From: Candidatus Hydrogenedentota bacterium
GTDB taxonomy: Bacteria; Hydrogenedentota; Hydrogenedentia; Hydrogenedentales; SLHB01
Length of the DNA stretch: 64,000 nt
Reading direction: 5' to 3'
Assembly: GCA_963668025.2 (NCBI GenBank)
Contig: CAXXTH010000008.1
Span: 76,229 to 140,228, forward strand
Shown: one piece after another, positions 1 to 11,300 of the stretch
Layout of the letters: every line of letters begins with the position of its first letter
Numbering within the stretch: position 1 is the stretch's first letter
Notes under the pieces: generated by a model
Seen by the model: only the letters and a program-made list of their open reading frames with translations
Told to the model about the DNA's origin: nothing
Databases searched by the model: none
Program-made: the position numbers and the translations under genes

Positions 1-1
1 C

Positions 2-373
2 CATGTCCAATCGGTTGAGATTCGTGACGTGCTCATTCCCGCGGCGCTGGAAGATGCCATGTCGATGCAAGCTCAGGCCGAACGTGAGCGGCAAGCCCGA
101 GTCATCCTAGGAGATTCCGAACGCCAAGTCGCTGAGAAGTTTGAAGAGGCTTCCCGGACCTATGTCAACAATCCCACCGCATTACATCTCCGGGCGATGA
201 ATATGCTATACGAAGGGCTTAAACAAAATTCTACGTTAGTTATAGTACCAAGCAGCGTCGTGGACACAATGCAACTAGGAAATCTGGCTGGCATGACCGC
301 TTTGGCTATGGAGCTGAGCCGGAAAAACGAACAGAAACCATGTTCGCAGGAAGAGAACCAAGACGCCACATGA
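2..373 (+). CDS. SPFH/band-7 (stomatin/QmcA-like) protein, C-terminal part; the 5' end lies outside the window
   Basis: The frame is open from the window edge (..VEIRDVLIPAALEDAMSMQAQAERERQARVILGDSERQ..NPTALHLRAMNML..STLVIVPSS). This is the typical SPFH C-terminal block. Confidence 0.75.
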   Translation, partial: HVQSVEIRDVLIPAALEDAMSMQAQAERERQARVILGDSERQVAEKFEEASRTYVNNPTALHLRAMNMLYEGLKQNSTLVIVPSSVVDTMQLGNLAGMTALAMELSRKNEQKPCSQEENQDAT

Positions 374-411
374 GTACCCTAAATGCAGTAACTTGTAGAA
401 GGTTAAATAAA

Positions 412-621
412 ATGCATTACTACATTATTATAGACCGAAAAACTTCTGAGCAAGCCGGACCCGATGCGACTTTCCAGGTGGTCTCCATCGAAGACGATGA
501 AGGCAACAACTATACGGAGTCCATAGGAATTGATCAGCGCGTACACTATCATTCCTTAGAAGAACTCGCGGAAGAAATTGAGCGGTTAACTGGTGAGCCC
601 GCGGAACTTGATGAATTGTAG
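412..621 (+). CDS. small acidic hypothetical protein (~69 aa)
   Basis: ATG at 412 inside ORF 340..621 (MHYYIIIDRKTSEQ..). No recognisable family. Confidence 0.3.
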   Translation: MHYYIIIDRKTSEQAGPDATFQVVSIEDDEGNNYTESIGIDQRVHYHSLEELAEEIERLTGEPAELDEL

Positions 622-800
622 CGTTCCTGCACTCTCCTATATGGCGCACGACCCCAAATTGGCAGGCGCACATGGAAAATGCCGATTACCAAAGCTTTGC
701 CTAACCTTTGCCTAAACTTCATCTCGGACAGGTACGCTTAGGGCGTAAAAAAGTAAAAGTGTATTGCGAGCGCCACTTTTTGACAGATGGAGGAACGTTC

Positions 801-1253
801 ATGTTGAACGATGAGCCAGTAGATATTTTGGTAGTGGAAGATAACGACAGCGAACGGGCCTCCATTGTCGAGTCATTGCAATCGGCTATTAAAGATGTGC
901 AAGTAGTCGCAGTTCACAATGGTACAGAGGCGCTGGACTTTCTTTTTGCTCGGGGCGGCTGGACGAATCGCGCTGGGGCGGATGCCCCCAAGCTGATTCT
1001 GCTGGACTTGGCGCTACCGGGGTCAGATGGTTTTTCCGTACTTGGACAAATACGTTCGCTCGACGAGGATGACACGCTGACGCTTACCCCCGTCGTCATC
1101 TTTACTGATTCCCAAGCCCCTAGCGACATCACAAAAAGTTATCGCTGCGGGGCAAACAGTTACATCATAAAGCCGATGAGTTTTCCCGATTTCCAGGCCA
1201 TTGTTAAAACGGTCGGCCAATACTGGATGGCCCATAACAGAACATGCCTTTAA
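801..1253 (+). CDS. single-domain response regulator (CheY-like receiver)
   Basis: GGAGGA lies 6 nt upstream of ATG 801. Receiver motifs are present: ILVVEDNDSE, LILLDLALPGSDG, IFTDS, SYIIKP. Confidence 0.85.
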   Translation: MLNDEPVDILVVEDNDSERASIVESLQSAIKDVQVVAVHNGTEALDFLFARGGWTNRAGADAPKLILLDLALPGSDGFSVLGQIRSLDEDDTLTLTPVVIFTDSQAPSDITKSYRCGANSYIIKPMSFPDFQAIVKTVGQYWMAHNRTCL

Positions 1254-1466
1254 ATTGGAGAAAAAGAAAGCATGCATCATGGAAAAACAAGGCCATACAC
1301 TGGAATGGATGTATTGTTATTTGTGTATTCCGATCACGGACCTGAAAAGAACGGCAAAGAAGAAATAGCATAACCATGGCGTTGCACGAGGTGTGCATGC
1401 CGATTCCTTGGAAACTTATCAGGAGAGTATTTTTCGGAACCTCCAACGAGAAAAGGAGAACTTAAC

Positions 1467-1634
1467 ATGCTGTACTATGCGCTGGTGTTTTTTCTTGTCG
1501 CGGTAGTGGCCGCCGTCTTCGGATTTGGCGGTATCACTTCCGCCGCGCTCGGGATTGCCAAAATCCTGTTCTTCATTTTCCTTATAATGTTTGTCATATC
1601 TCTTGTCATGGGCTTGAATAGACGCCGGATATAA
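1467..1634 (+). CDS. DUF1328/UPF0391 small membrane protein (55 aa; below the ORF-track cutoff)
   Basis: My own translation gives [64 protein letters not shown] upstream. The [13 protein letters not shown] pattern is typical of this family. Confidence 0.7.
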   Translation: MLYYALVFFLVAVVAAVFGFGGITSAALGIAKILFFIFLIMFVISLVMGLNRRRI

Positions 1635-1772
1635 CCTGTATTCCTAGCATTAATGGCCTTATGAAATGTCAACACTTTGTTGAAATGGGCAAGATTGTGA
1701 AACGTGCTCGATGAGCTAACGCCTGGTGGATACTTCCCCAGGCGAGAGTTCCAACATGAAAGGAACAGGAAA

Positions 1773-1925
1773 ATGAAAGCATATATGCGAGTAGCCGCAG
1801 CTTTGCTGGTGGGCGCACTGATCGGGATTGGCGTGCTCGGATGTAACACCATTCGAGGTGCGGGAAGAGACGTCGAAAAGGGCGGACAGGGCATCCAAGA
1901 TGCCGCCGATGGCGCCCAGAAGTAA
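1773..1925 (+). CDS. entericidin EcnA/B-family small lipoprotein
   Basis: MKAYMRVAAALLVGALIGIGVLGCNTIRGAGRDVEKGGQGIQDAA. Lipobox (LGC) followed by the NT.RG.G.D.E..G motif. Confidence 0.75.
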   Translation: MKAYMRVAAALLVGALIGIGVLGCNTIRGAGRDVEKGGQGIQDAADGAQK

Positions 1926-1992
1926 TAGCCGGGATGCTATCTTTTTCCGATTATTATAGCGAAAAGGCCTAGAATTTCAAGGAGAATGAGTT

Positions 1993-3606
1993 ATGAAAAC
2001 GTACAGGCATATGCGGCCGGTTTTTGTATCCATGGTTGGGATATGTGTTGCGCCACTCCTGCTTTTGGGAGTGGCGCCAGCCGCCCAAGAGCAAGCTACT
2101 GCGGAGGCAGGCGTGCAGGTGTTGACACGCGGCCCCATTCACGAAGCTTTCGCGGAGACGTTTATGACGGGGGCCACGGCTGGAGTCGTGATCACCACAA
2201 GCCCGCCTGACCCAATTGTGGAATTGCCTCCCGATCAGCGCCCTGAAGGGGACAATGTAGCCTGGATTCCGGGATATTGGAGCTGGGATGATGACCGAAG
2301 CGATTTCATATGGGTGAGTGGCGTTTGGCGGGATCTCCCACCTGGCCGCCAATGGGTTCCCGGATACTGGGCTTCCGCCCGAAAAGGCTCGCAATGGATT
2401 TCAGGCTTCTGGGGAGACGTCGCCCAAACCGAAATAACCTACTTGCCAGCGCCACCGAAACTCCTCGAAGCTGGTCCTAGTTCTCCTACGCCAGCACCAG
2501 ATAACATATGGACGCCAGGTTGCTGGGTATGGCAGGAAACCCGCTACGACTGGCAACCCGGATATTGGGTGGCGCAGCAGCCTGACTGGGTCTGGTCCCC
2601 CGCACATTACATATGGACGCCGAGAGGTTATGTTTATGTGCCGGGATACTGGGACCATGACATCGTCCATCGCGGCATGATGTTCGCGCCGGTCTACTAC
2701 GAGCAGCCTGTCTACACCCGTCCCAGTTATTCGTATTCACCAAGCACGGTCATTGACATCACCGTCATTCTTACGAACCTCTTTGTCCAGCCAAGATCGA
2801 ACCACTATTACTATGGAGATTATTATGACCAGCGTTATGAAGAAAGGGGCTACCATCCATGGTACTCGAAGCGCACCAATCAGCATGGCGATGACCCCAT
2901 ATACTCGCACTATCGTTCACAGCAGTTGCGGCAGGACCCCGATTGGGACGTACACGTCAAAGAACAGTACCAATATCGCCGCGAGCATGTAGATGCGCGT
3001 CCACCCCAAACGCTGGCTCTCCAAGTTAACCGCATCAATGACCAGAGAGTAAGCGCCCCAGAGAACGTGATCATCGGCAGAAGTCTAGCCGAAGCATCGC
3101 AAAGCAAGGCGGCTCCCGTGCGCTTCACACCTGTAAATATGGATGAACGCAAGCTGAGCGAATCACGGGGGCGGGAAGTCCATAAACTCCAATCGGAACG
3201 TGCGAAAATAGAGACGCTGCCAAAAGCTGCTAAAAAAGTCCGTAAGGCCGCGCCAGCCAGAGTGCAGTTGCCCGCGTCTCCTGTCGCGGCGAGATCGTTG
3301 GATAATGTAGCCGGTGCGAAATTGCCGCCGTCTATGCCTGACGTGCCGAAACCGCAAGCGGTAAAAGATAGAGGCAGGAAAGAGAAGCCACAGAAGAGCG
3401 AAGGTAGACCCGAAGCAAAGCCGACTAACTCCCCAAAAGCTCAAAGCGGGCCGGGGAAAGTGGAATCTAGCCATGAACAACTAAAGCAGGCTGCGCCAAA
3501 TCCAGAAACCAAAACTCAACCGAATACAGTTAAAAATGGAAAGGGCGATAAGGACAAAGCGCCTGGTTCAGCAGACAAGAAAAACAAAAAAAGCAACGAG
3601 CGATGA
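1993..3606 (+). CDS. secreted YXWGXW/WxxGxW-repeat protein with a Lys/Pro-rich C-terminal tail
   Basis: AAGGAGA RBS and a signal-like N-terminus. Repeats include WIPGYWSW, WVSGVWRD, WVPGYWAS, WISGFWGD, WTPGCWVW, WQPGYWVA and YVPGYWDH. Confidence 0.8.
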   Translation: MKTYRHMRPVFVSMVGICVAPLLLLGVAPAAQEQATAEAGVQVLTRGPIHEAFAETFMTGATAGVVITTSPPDPIVELPPDQRPEGDNVAWIPGYWSWDDDRSDFIWVSGVWRDLPPGRQWVPGYWASARKGSQWISGFWGDVAQTEITYLPAPPKLLEAGPSSPTPAPDNIWTPGCWVWQETRYDWQPGYWVAQQPDWVWSPAHYIWTPRGYVYVPGYWDHDIVHRGMMFAPVYYEQPVYTRPSYSYSPSTVIDITVILTNLFVQPRSNHYYYGDYYDQRYEERGYHPWYSKRTNQHGDDPIYSHYRSQQLRQDPDWDVHVKEQYQYRREHVDARPPQTLALQVNRINDQRVSAPENVIIGRSLAEASQSKAAPVRFTPVNMDERKLSESRGREVHKLQSERAKIETLPKAAKKVRKAAPARVQLPASPVAARSLDNVAGAKLPPSMPDVPKPQAVKDRGRKEKPQKSEGRPEAKPTNSPKAQSGPGKVESSHEQLKQAAPNPETKTQPNTVKNGKGDKDKAPGSADKKNKKSNER

Positions 3607-3686
3607 TGTGATGCGACATTGATGCTCGCTTCTCAATCGATGAATGCGTTGGTCTTCGCCCTACCGTATATTGGGATGGAGTAGAA

Positions 3687-3911
3687 ATGAAAATTTATAC
3701 GATAGTAGCAATCGTTTTGATCGTGGCCGGCATTCTAGGTCTTGTGTATGGCCAGTTCAGCTACAACAAAGAAACGGAAGGCGCCAAGTTAGGCCCAATC
3801 GAACTGACGATAAATGAGAAGAAGACGGTCAACATTCCCGTCTGGGCTGGCGTTGGCTCCATAAGCGTGGGAGCCGCGATGCTCGTTTTTGCACTCATAA
3901 AACACGAGTAA
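3687..3911 (+). CDS. small two-TM membrane protein, hypothetical
   Basis: GGAG upstream. Two hydrophobic helices flank a short polar loop. Confidence 0.55.
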   Translation: MKIYTIVAIVLIVAGILGLVYGQFSYNKETEGAKLGPIELTINEKKTVNIPVWAGVGSISVGAAMLVFALIKHE

Positions 3912-4014
3912 ATCGAGCGTGGCTTTTAGGGTGTGCAGGCAAAACACGCGAAAACCGCGGCGGCTTCTCAAAAAAATATATAAGGACTCAACCATCGCAA
4001 CAGGAGAAACGCAT

Positions 4015-4971
4015 ATGAAAAAGAGAAGTTGTTTCCACGCCAGCGGCGCTGTATGCACCCTTATGCTCGTATGCCTGTCGGCCATGCTGAGCTATGGAGC
4101 CGTTACCGCCGATCCCGCAAAAGTTACTTTTACCTCAGCGCAGCAGGCATTCACCATAAATCTGGCCAAAGATGGAACGCCCATTCTTGCAACGGACATA
4201 CGCGGCTGGCAATTTCTTGCGAGCGGCCACGACTACAAGCACATGCTAAGCGTGGAAAACATGGATGGGGCGATCAAGATTGCGCCAAGCAAGTCTATTG
4301 AAGTGGGCAGTTACGATCTGAATATCGATACCGCGCAAGGTTCCGTGATTGTGCAGGTCTTTGCTCCGCTTAGCGATCAGCCCAATATCGTCGAGAAGAT
4401 GTCGGCCCTTACTGGGATGTCCGAGAAAAAAATCGAGGAGAAACTGGGATTATCGGCCAGCATCGGGCGCAAGGAAATCCAGATCGATTTGCCACCTGTG
4501 TATTATGAAGGCCAGACGCTCGTACTCCCCATAGCAAGCAAGCCTGCTCCCGGAAACACCTGTATGTGGTTCATGAATGGAGATCTTGTGGCGGAGGGGC
4601 CGGAACAGGACACGCTTACGTACACCTTCGAGAAACAGGGCGAGTACGTCCTTACCTACATCGAAGCACGGAAAGAAAATGGAACGATGGCTGTCGTGCT
4701 GAGATCCAGGGCGTACACAAGGGTCGTTGCTGTACCTGGGGTGCCGGTCGAAGTCGCCGTCGATACTGAAATGGAGTTTGCGCCACCCTTCGGATACCAG
4801 AAACATGCCTGGAGTATAGATGGCCAGGAGGTCTCCACGGAACCATCCTTGAAACGTGCGTTCCAAGCCCCGGGCTCCCATACCGTCGAGTGCCTGGCAT
4901 CTGCTCCTAACGAAGGACCAGCGCAAGGCTTCTTGCGTGTCAGGTACAACACGACCGTGATAAAAGATTAA
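4015..4971 (+). CDS. secreted hypothetical protein
   Basis: AGGAGA RBS precedes ATG 4015. The MKKRSCFHASGAVCTLMLVCLSAMLSYGA N-terminus is signal-peptide-like. No family recognised. Confidence 0.6.
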   Translation: MKKRSCFHASGAVCTLMLVCLSAMLSYGAVTADPAKVTFTSAQQAFTINLAKDGTPILATDIRGWQFLASGHDYKHMLSVENMDGAIKIAPSKSIEVGSYDLNIDTAQGSVIVQVFAPLSDQPNIVEKMSALTGMSEKKIEEKLGLSASIGRKEIQIDLPPVYYEGQTLVLPIASKPAPGNTCMWFMNGDLVAEGPEQDTLTYTFEKQGEYVLTYIEARKENGTMAVVLRSRAYTRVVAVPGVPVEVAVDTEMEFAPPFGYQKHAWSIDGQEVSTEPSLKRAFQAPGSHTVECLASAPNEGPAQGFLRVRYNTTVIKD

Positions 4972-5085
4972 CGCGAAATGCATTGAGAAATCTGTGCAAT
5001 ATTAGAGGTGTAGTTTTTCTATTACCGAACTGGGAAGAATGCATCATGCGTACGTGCTGAGAAAATAACGCAAAACCGCCTGCCA

Positions 5086-5283
5086 GTCATCCCCGCGAAA
5101 GCGGGGATCCAGGGCATTTGCACTGGATTCCCGCTTTCGCGGGAATGACAACGAGGTAGTTCACGGTTTTCTATACAACAGATGCTATTAGGCGGTGGGA
5201 CAAATCCACCATGCATGTTGGTTCATCCGCGCGCCCAAGAATGGCTCTAAATAGGTTGCGGCAAGGCGAATGGAGCGGTAATC
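5086..5283. repeat. dispersed ~200-nt repeat, copy A; the core is a ~64-nt palindrome (gtcatccccgcgaaagcggggatccag..ctggattcccgctttcgcgggaatgac)
   Basis: Direct comparison with 38378..38585. The 74-nt core is nearly identical and the flank is recognisably similar (tatacaac.gatg.tatta, caccatgca.gttg, gcgcgcccaagaa, gcgaatgg). Confidence 0.85.
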
Positions 5284-5394
5284 ACAGAACTACACCTGAA
5301 ATTAGGAAAAAAGCGCCAGCTCATCCTGGCGCTTCTCCCTCATTCGGAGAGTTTATATCGAAAAGCGCCAACACTCTAGCTTGCATAAACTATC

Positions 5395-8300
5395 GTGGTA
5401 GGCATTGATTCTTTAACTGGCGGAAAGGTGGCTGCCTTGCTCGACACTCCTCCTGGAATAAAGCATCGGCTGGAACGGCTGATGAACTGGCATAAGACCG
5501 TTGGCGGCGATGGCCAGTTTCCGCCATCGACGGATGAACAACCGCTTCGCGCGGAGCTTTACAGTGTTAACCAGTTGGAGCATCACGCCAAAGTATTGGC
5601 GGGATTGCACGAAATCGCTACGGTGGCCGCGCTCGATCGGCTCATACCGAGATTGGAAGAAAACGAACGGATACTAATCCGCACCTACGACTTGCTCACG
5701 GACGCAGTGAAAACGAGCCGCCGGATTGTGCCTGCGGCGGAATGGATGCTAGACAATTTCTATGTGATTGAAGAACAGATCCGCACCGCACGCCTCCATT
5801 TTCCGCCATCGTATAGCAAAGGCTTGCCCCGGCTGGCAAAAGGCCCTGTAGCGGGATACCCACGGGTGTACAGCATAGCGATGGAGCTGATATCACACGT
5901 GGACGGCAACCTGGATGTCGAGAGCCTCAACGCGTTTACCGCCTCCTACCAGGCTATCAAGCCCTTGACATTGGGTGAGCTTTGGGCTGTTCCCATTATG
6001 CTTAGGTTGGGGCTGCTCGAGAATCTCCGGCGGGTGGCTGTCCGCTTGACGGCGAGCCTGCGCGACCGAGGATTGGCTACCGAATGGGCCGAGCGGATGG
6101 AGAACGTGGTCGAGCAGAATCCATCCGACTTGATTCTCGTATTGGCGGATATGGCGCGTGCGAATCCCCCGTTATCCAGCGCTTTTCTGGCGGAGTTCAC
6201 CCGGCATCTACATGGGCAGAGCCCGCATTTTGCGTTCGCTTTAAGCTGGCTAGAGCACCGCGTCTCCGAACAAGGGCTGAATATCGCTCATCTTGTACAG
6301 ATGGAAAGCCAGGTGCAGGCGGTTGACCAAGTGTCCATCGGCAACACCATTAATAGTCTCCGATTCCTCAGCCTGTCCGACTGGCGGGAGTTCGTCGAAG
6401 GACAGAGCATCGTCGAACAGACGCTACGCAGTGAACCGTCTGGTGTGTATGCCAACATGGATTTTGCCACACGGGACCTATACCGCCACGCGGTGGAAGA
6501 AATCGCTAAACGCAGCAAGCGTCCGGAGAACGAGATTGCGCAGCAGGCCATTGGACTCGCCATGGAGGCATCCACCGGCCCGCACAACAACCGAAAAGAG
6601 CATGTCGGATACTACCTTATCGATAAAGGCCGTAAGACGCTGGAGCAAGCCGCGGGTGTGCGGTGGTCGCCGCGCGGAGTCCTCGGGAAAGGCATTCGCC
6701 GCTATCCGTTATTCTTCTACCTTTCCAGCATCTTTGTATGGACAGCCTGCATTATGGCGGGCTTGATCGCGTGGGCGGATCACGGCGGGCTGCCAGCGTG
6801 GATACTGGCGTTGTTGGTGGCGCCCGTCTTGGTTTCCGTGTCCCAATTCGCCGTCAGCATCGCCAACTGGCTGGTAACAATATACATCGGCCCGCAGCCA
6901 TTGCCTCGGATGGATTTCCGCCACGGCATTCCGCCGGAGCACCGGACAATAGCCGCCGTTCCTACGATGCTCCTCAACGCGGCTGCAACAGACGCTCTGC
7001 TGGAACAACTGGAAATACGGTACCTGGCAAATAGCGCTCCAAACTTGCACTTCGCCCTGCTCACCGATCTCGCCGATGCGCCACAGGCTGTAATGCCAGA
7101 AGATGAGGGACTGGTCCGGCAAGCCCGGGAGGGAATTGCATCCCTGAACCGAAAATATGAGCACGACCGGCCCGATATCTTTTACCTTTTCCACCGCCCG
7201 CGACGATGGAACGAGCCGGACCGGGTGTGGATGGGATACGAACGCAAGAGGGGAAAGTTGAAAGAGTTCAACGCGCTCCTGCGCGGCGGCTCAAAGGATT
7301 GTTTTCAAGAGATTGTCGGCGAATGTAGTGTTTTGCCTCAAGTCCGCTATGTCATAACGCTCGACACGGACACGGAGCTTCCCCGCGACGCGGCGCGCAA
7401 GTTGGTTGAAGCAATTAGCCATCCTCTCAACCGGCCTGTTTTTGACAAGGAGCAGAAGCGGATTATTGATGGCTATGGCATTATACAACCCCGTGTGGGA
7501 ATCAGCTTGCCGAGTGCGTCGCGTTCCTGGTATGTCCGGTTGTTAGCCGCGGATGCCGGCGTGGATCCATACACGCGGGCGGTATCCGATATATACCAGG
7601 ATCTTTTCGGCGAAGGCTCTTTCATCGGGAAGGGAATTTACGATGTTGGCGCACTTCACCAAGCGTGCGCCTGCCTTCCTGACAATGCGATCCTGAGCCA
7701 TGACTTGCTAGAAGGCGCGTACGCACGTTCGGCGTTGCTCAGTGATGTGGAGGTCTACGAAGATCACCCATATCGGTATTTCACGGATGTGAGCCGGAGG
7801 CGGCGTTGGATACGCGGCGACTGGCAGATTGCATGGTGGCTGCTGCCGCGTGTGCCCGGCCAGTACGCCAAGTGGAGCCCAAACCCAATTTCGGCCCTCT
7901 CCAAGTGGAAAATCGCCGACAATCTCCGCCGCAGCCTTGTACCGCCCGCGATGTTGATGCTGCTCGTTTTTGCCTGGCTGCTGCCCTGGCTTTGGTTGTC
8001 GGCAGGGGCGACGCTTTTGGTCATTGCGATCTTGGTTATCCCCACGCTTCTCTCGGCGGCAGGCGGAATCGTACACAAACCGCGAGACTTGCCATGGTGG
8101 ATGCATTTTCACGCTCTTGCACCTGGAATCTTCCGCCAGATGGGGCAAGTTCTTTTCGTACTGGCCCTTGTCCCATATGATGCCTACATCAGTCTTGATT
8201 CGATCACACGTACGCTCGTGCGTGTGCTCTGGAAGCGCCGCAAACTTCTGGAGTGGACGACCTCCAGCGATGCCGCGTTTGCCGTGCGCACCGATCTGCG

Positions 8301-11300
8301 TGGACATTTTCGAGCCATGTGGATGGAGCCTGTCGCCGCTATGATCGTTCTCATCCTTATTATTCTGGTTCGACAGGAGAGCCTCCCTGCCAGCGCACCA
8401 TTCCTAGGTGTATGGCTGGTTTCACCAGCCATAGCCTGGTGGCTAAGCCGCCCCATCCCGGCACGAGAACCAAAACTCTCCGAAGGACAGATTGTCTTTT
8501 TGAGAAAATTGGCGCGCCGAACATGGGAATATTTCGAGGTATTCGTTACGCCGCAAGAAAACTGGCTTCCGCCGGATAATTACCAAGAGCATCCAGTGAT
8601 AAGCATCGCATCGAGGACCAGCCCAACGAACATCGGGATGGCGCTGCTCGCGAACCTATCCGCCTATGATTTCGGATACTGCTCCACAACGCGGATGCTG
8701 GAGCGGACCGAAAATACCCTCGCCACTATGAGCCGCTTGGAAAAATATCGCGGCCACTTCTACAACTGGTACGATACGCATAGTCTCAATATTTTAGCGC
8801 CACGATACATTTCCACGATAGACAGTGGGAACCTCGCAGGGCATCTACTGGTCTTGCGAAGCGGGTTGTTGGAGCTGGTTGATACAAAGATCCTGCCGCC
8901 GCGGATGTTCAACGGAGTACAGGATACGGTTCGAGTGCTCTTCGATGAGGTCAATGATTTTATTGATGGGATGGGTCCAGATTCCAACGTAGCGCCTGCA
9001 AGAGAGGCTTTGCGGAAAATAGAGCAGATAGAGGCAGAATTAAAATCTCGTCCAAGCACGCTCAGGGATTCAATGCTGCTCTTGCAACGTTTATCGGCTC
9101 AGGCAAGCGATCTGGGCCAAATCAACGGCCTGAATGGGGAATCTCAAAAATGGGCTCAGGCGTTAGAACGATGCATAACCGGCCATCTCGGCGACATGGC
9201 CTTTATTGCCCCGTGGGCGCTGCTCCCACTCGCGCCCGAAGAATTCTGGCAAGGCAACTCGCCGGAACGGATTACCGGCATCAATGAGTTGCGGGAGTCA
9301 TTGGAGCGGCTCGAAGAAGTCCCGACTCTCCGCCAGGTGGCCGCGATAAAGCTGTCGTTGCTGCCATTGCTTGATGCGATCTTGGCGGGATTTCATGCAA
9401 CAAATCGTGGTAGCGCAACCCCCCCCAAGGATTTAAAAGCCTGTGCATGGCTTGCCAGCCTTCGCTGCGCATTCGTCGATGCTTCCCAGAACGCCTTGGA
9501 ACGCATTCGGGCGCTGGAAGCCGCTGCGGAACGTTGCCATGAATTATCGGCCATGGACTTCACATTTCTGTTTGATAAATCCCGCGACCTGCTGTCCATT
9601 GGCTACAATGCTGGCGATCACAACCTGGACAAAGGGTATTACGACCTTCTCGCCTCAGAGGCCCGGCTCGCCAGTTTTTACGCGATATCGCAAGGGCAGT
9701 TGGGACAGGAGCATTGGTTCGCACTGGGCCGCCTGCTCACCGCATCCAGAAGCGCAACTGCACTGCTTAGCTGGAGCGGTTCCATCTTCGAATACCTTAT
9801 GCCTCTGCTCGTGATGCCGACCTACGAGAACACCCTTTTAAACCAGACCTACAAAGCGGTCGTGCAACGGCAAATTGAATATGGAAAGCAGCGCGGGACG
9901 CCTTGGGGAATTTCCGAATCCGGATTCAACGCATGGGACGTACACCTGAACTACCAGTATCGGGCCTTCGGCGTGCCGGGGCTGGGATTGAAGCGGGGAC
10001 TGGCCGAGGATCTTGTCGTTGCTCCGTATGCATCGGTCATGGCGCTGATGGTGGAGCCCGAAGCCGCATGCCGAAACCTCGAACGCCTCGTGGCCGAAAA
10101 ACGGCAGGGCCGTTACGGTTTTTACGAGGCGATTGACTACACGACATCCCGCTTGCCGCTCGGAGTCAACAGTGCAACGGTCCGGTCTTTTATGACACAT
10201 CATGAAGGAATGAGCCTTCTATCACTAGAATACCTCCTCCTCGACCGCCCAATGCAACGCCGTTTTCTAGCAGATCCGGCTCTCCAGGCGACGGATCTGC
10301 TGCTGCAAGAACGCATTCCCAAAACAACAGGGCTAATATTTCCCCACGAGATCGAGGCCAGCGCCACACGTATGGCCTCTGCTGAGACGGAAGGCACCGT
10401 GCGTGTCTTCACTGATCCGGGAAGCCCTGTACCGGAAGTGCATCTGCTCTCCAACGGGCGTTATCACGTCATGGTCAGCAGCGCCGGTGGAGGATACAGC
10501 CGCTGGCGTGATCTGGCGCTCACGAGGTGGCGGGAAGATCCGACCCGTGATTGCTGGGGGTCGTTCTGTTATGTGCGTGATTTGTATAGTGGGCGGTTCT
10601 GGTCGATTGGCTACCAGCCCACCCTTCAAGCATCCAAATCGTACGAAGTGATTTTTGCGCAGGGCAAAGCGGAGTTCCGCCGCCGGGATGATGATATCGA
10701 GACCCATACCGAAATCAGCGTTTCACCCGAAGATGACATCGAACTGCGCCGCATCACCATCACCAACCACTCAGACAGGCCACGGATCATCGAACTAACC
10801 AGTTACGCGGAAGTCGTACTGGCTCCGGACGGCCAAGATGTGGCCCATCCAGCGTTTAGCAACCTATTTGTGCAGACCGAACTGGTGCGCGCCCGGCAAG
10901 CGATTCTCTGCACCCGGCGTCCCCGTTCCGCCGAAGAGAAGCCTCCATGGATGGTTCACTTGATGACGCTACAGGGCGAGGCAAGGGGGGAAATATCCTT
11001 CGAGACGGATCGAATGAAATTTGTAGGAAGAGGCCGGGTGCTATCCTGGCCGGCGGCGATGGCCAGCAGTGGGCCATTGTCGAACAGCGTGGGTTCGGTG
11101 CTCGATCCCGTGGCTTCCATCCGGCATACCGTCTCTATTCAACCGAACGAGAAGGCGCGAATAGACTTGGTCACGGGCATCGCCGAAACACGCGAGGCCG
11201 CAATGGCGTTGGTGGATAAATATGACGATCCCCGCCTTGCCGACCGCGTCTTCGAGCTGGCGTGGACACACAGCAACGCCGAACTACAACACCTGAATTC

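Noticed and set aside
5022-5216. ORFs 5022-5216(-) and 38371-38700(-), which share ..LPRCHSRES.NP.QM.WIPAFAGMT..
   Set aside because: They are translations of the palindromic repeat element. Their similarity is explained by the DNA repeat, they lack RBSs, and they have no coding context.
7708-8307. Long antisense or alternative-frame ORFs inside large genes (for example 7708-8307(-), 13066-13578(-), 20544-21239(+), 42120-42815(-), 45123-45839(-), 50650-51264(-), 58189-58860(+), 60673-61290(+))
   Set aside because: They lie entirely within strongly supported genes on the other strand or frame. Their composition is Arg/Ser/Pro/Ala-rich and low-complexity, typical of shadow ORFs in GC-rich DNA. 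I recognised no motifs in them.
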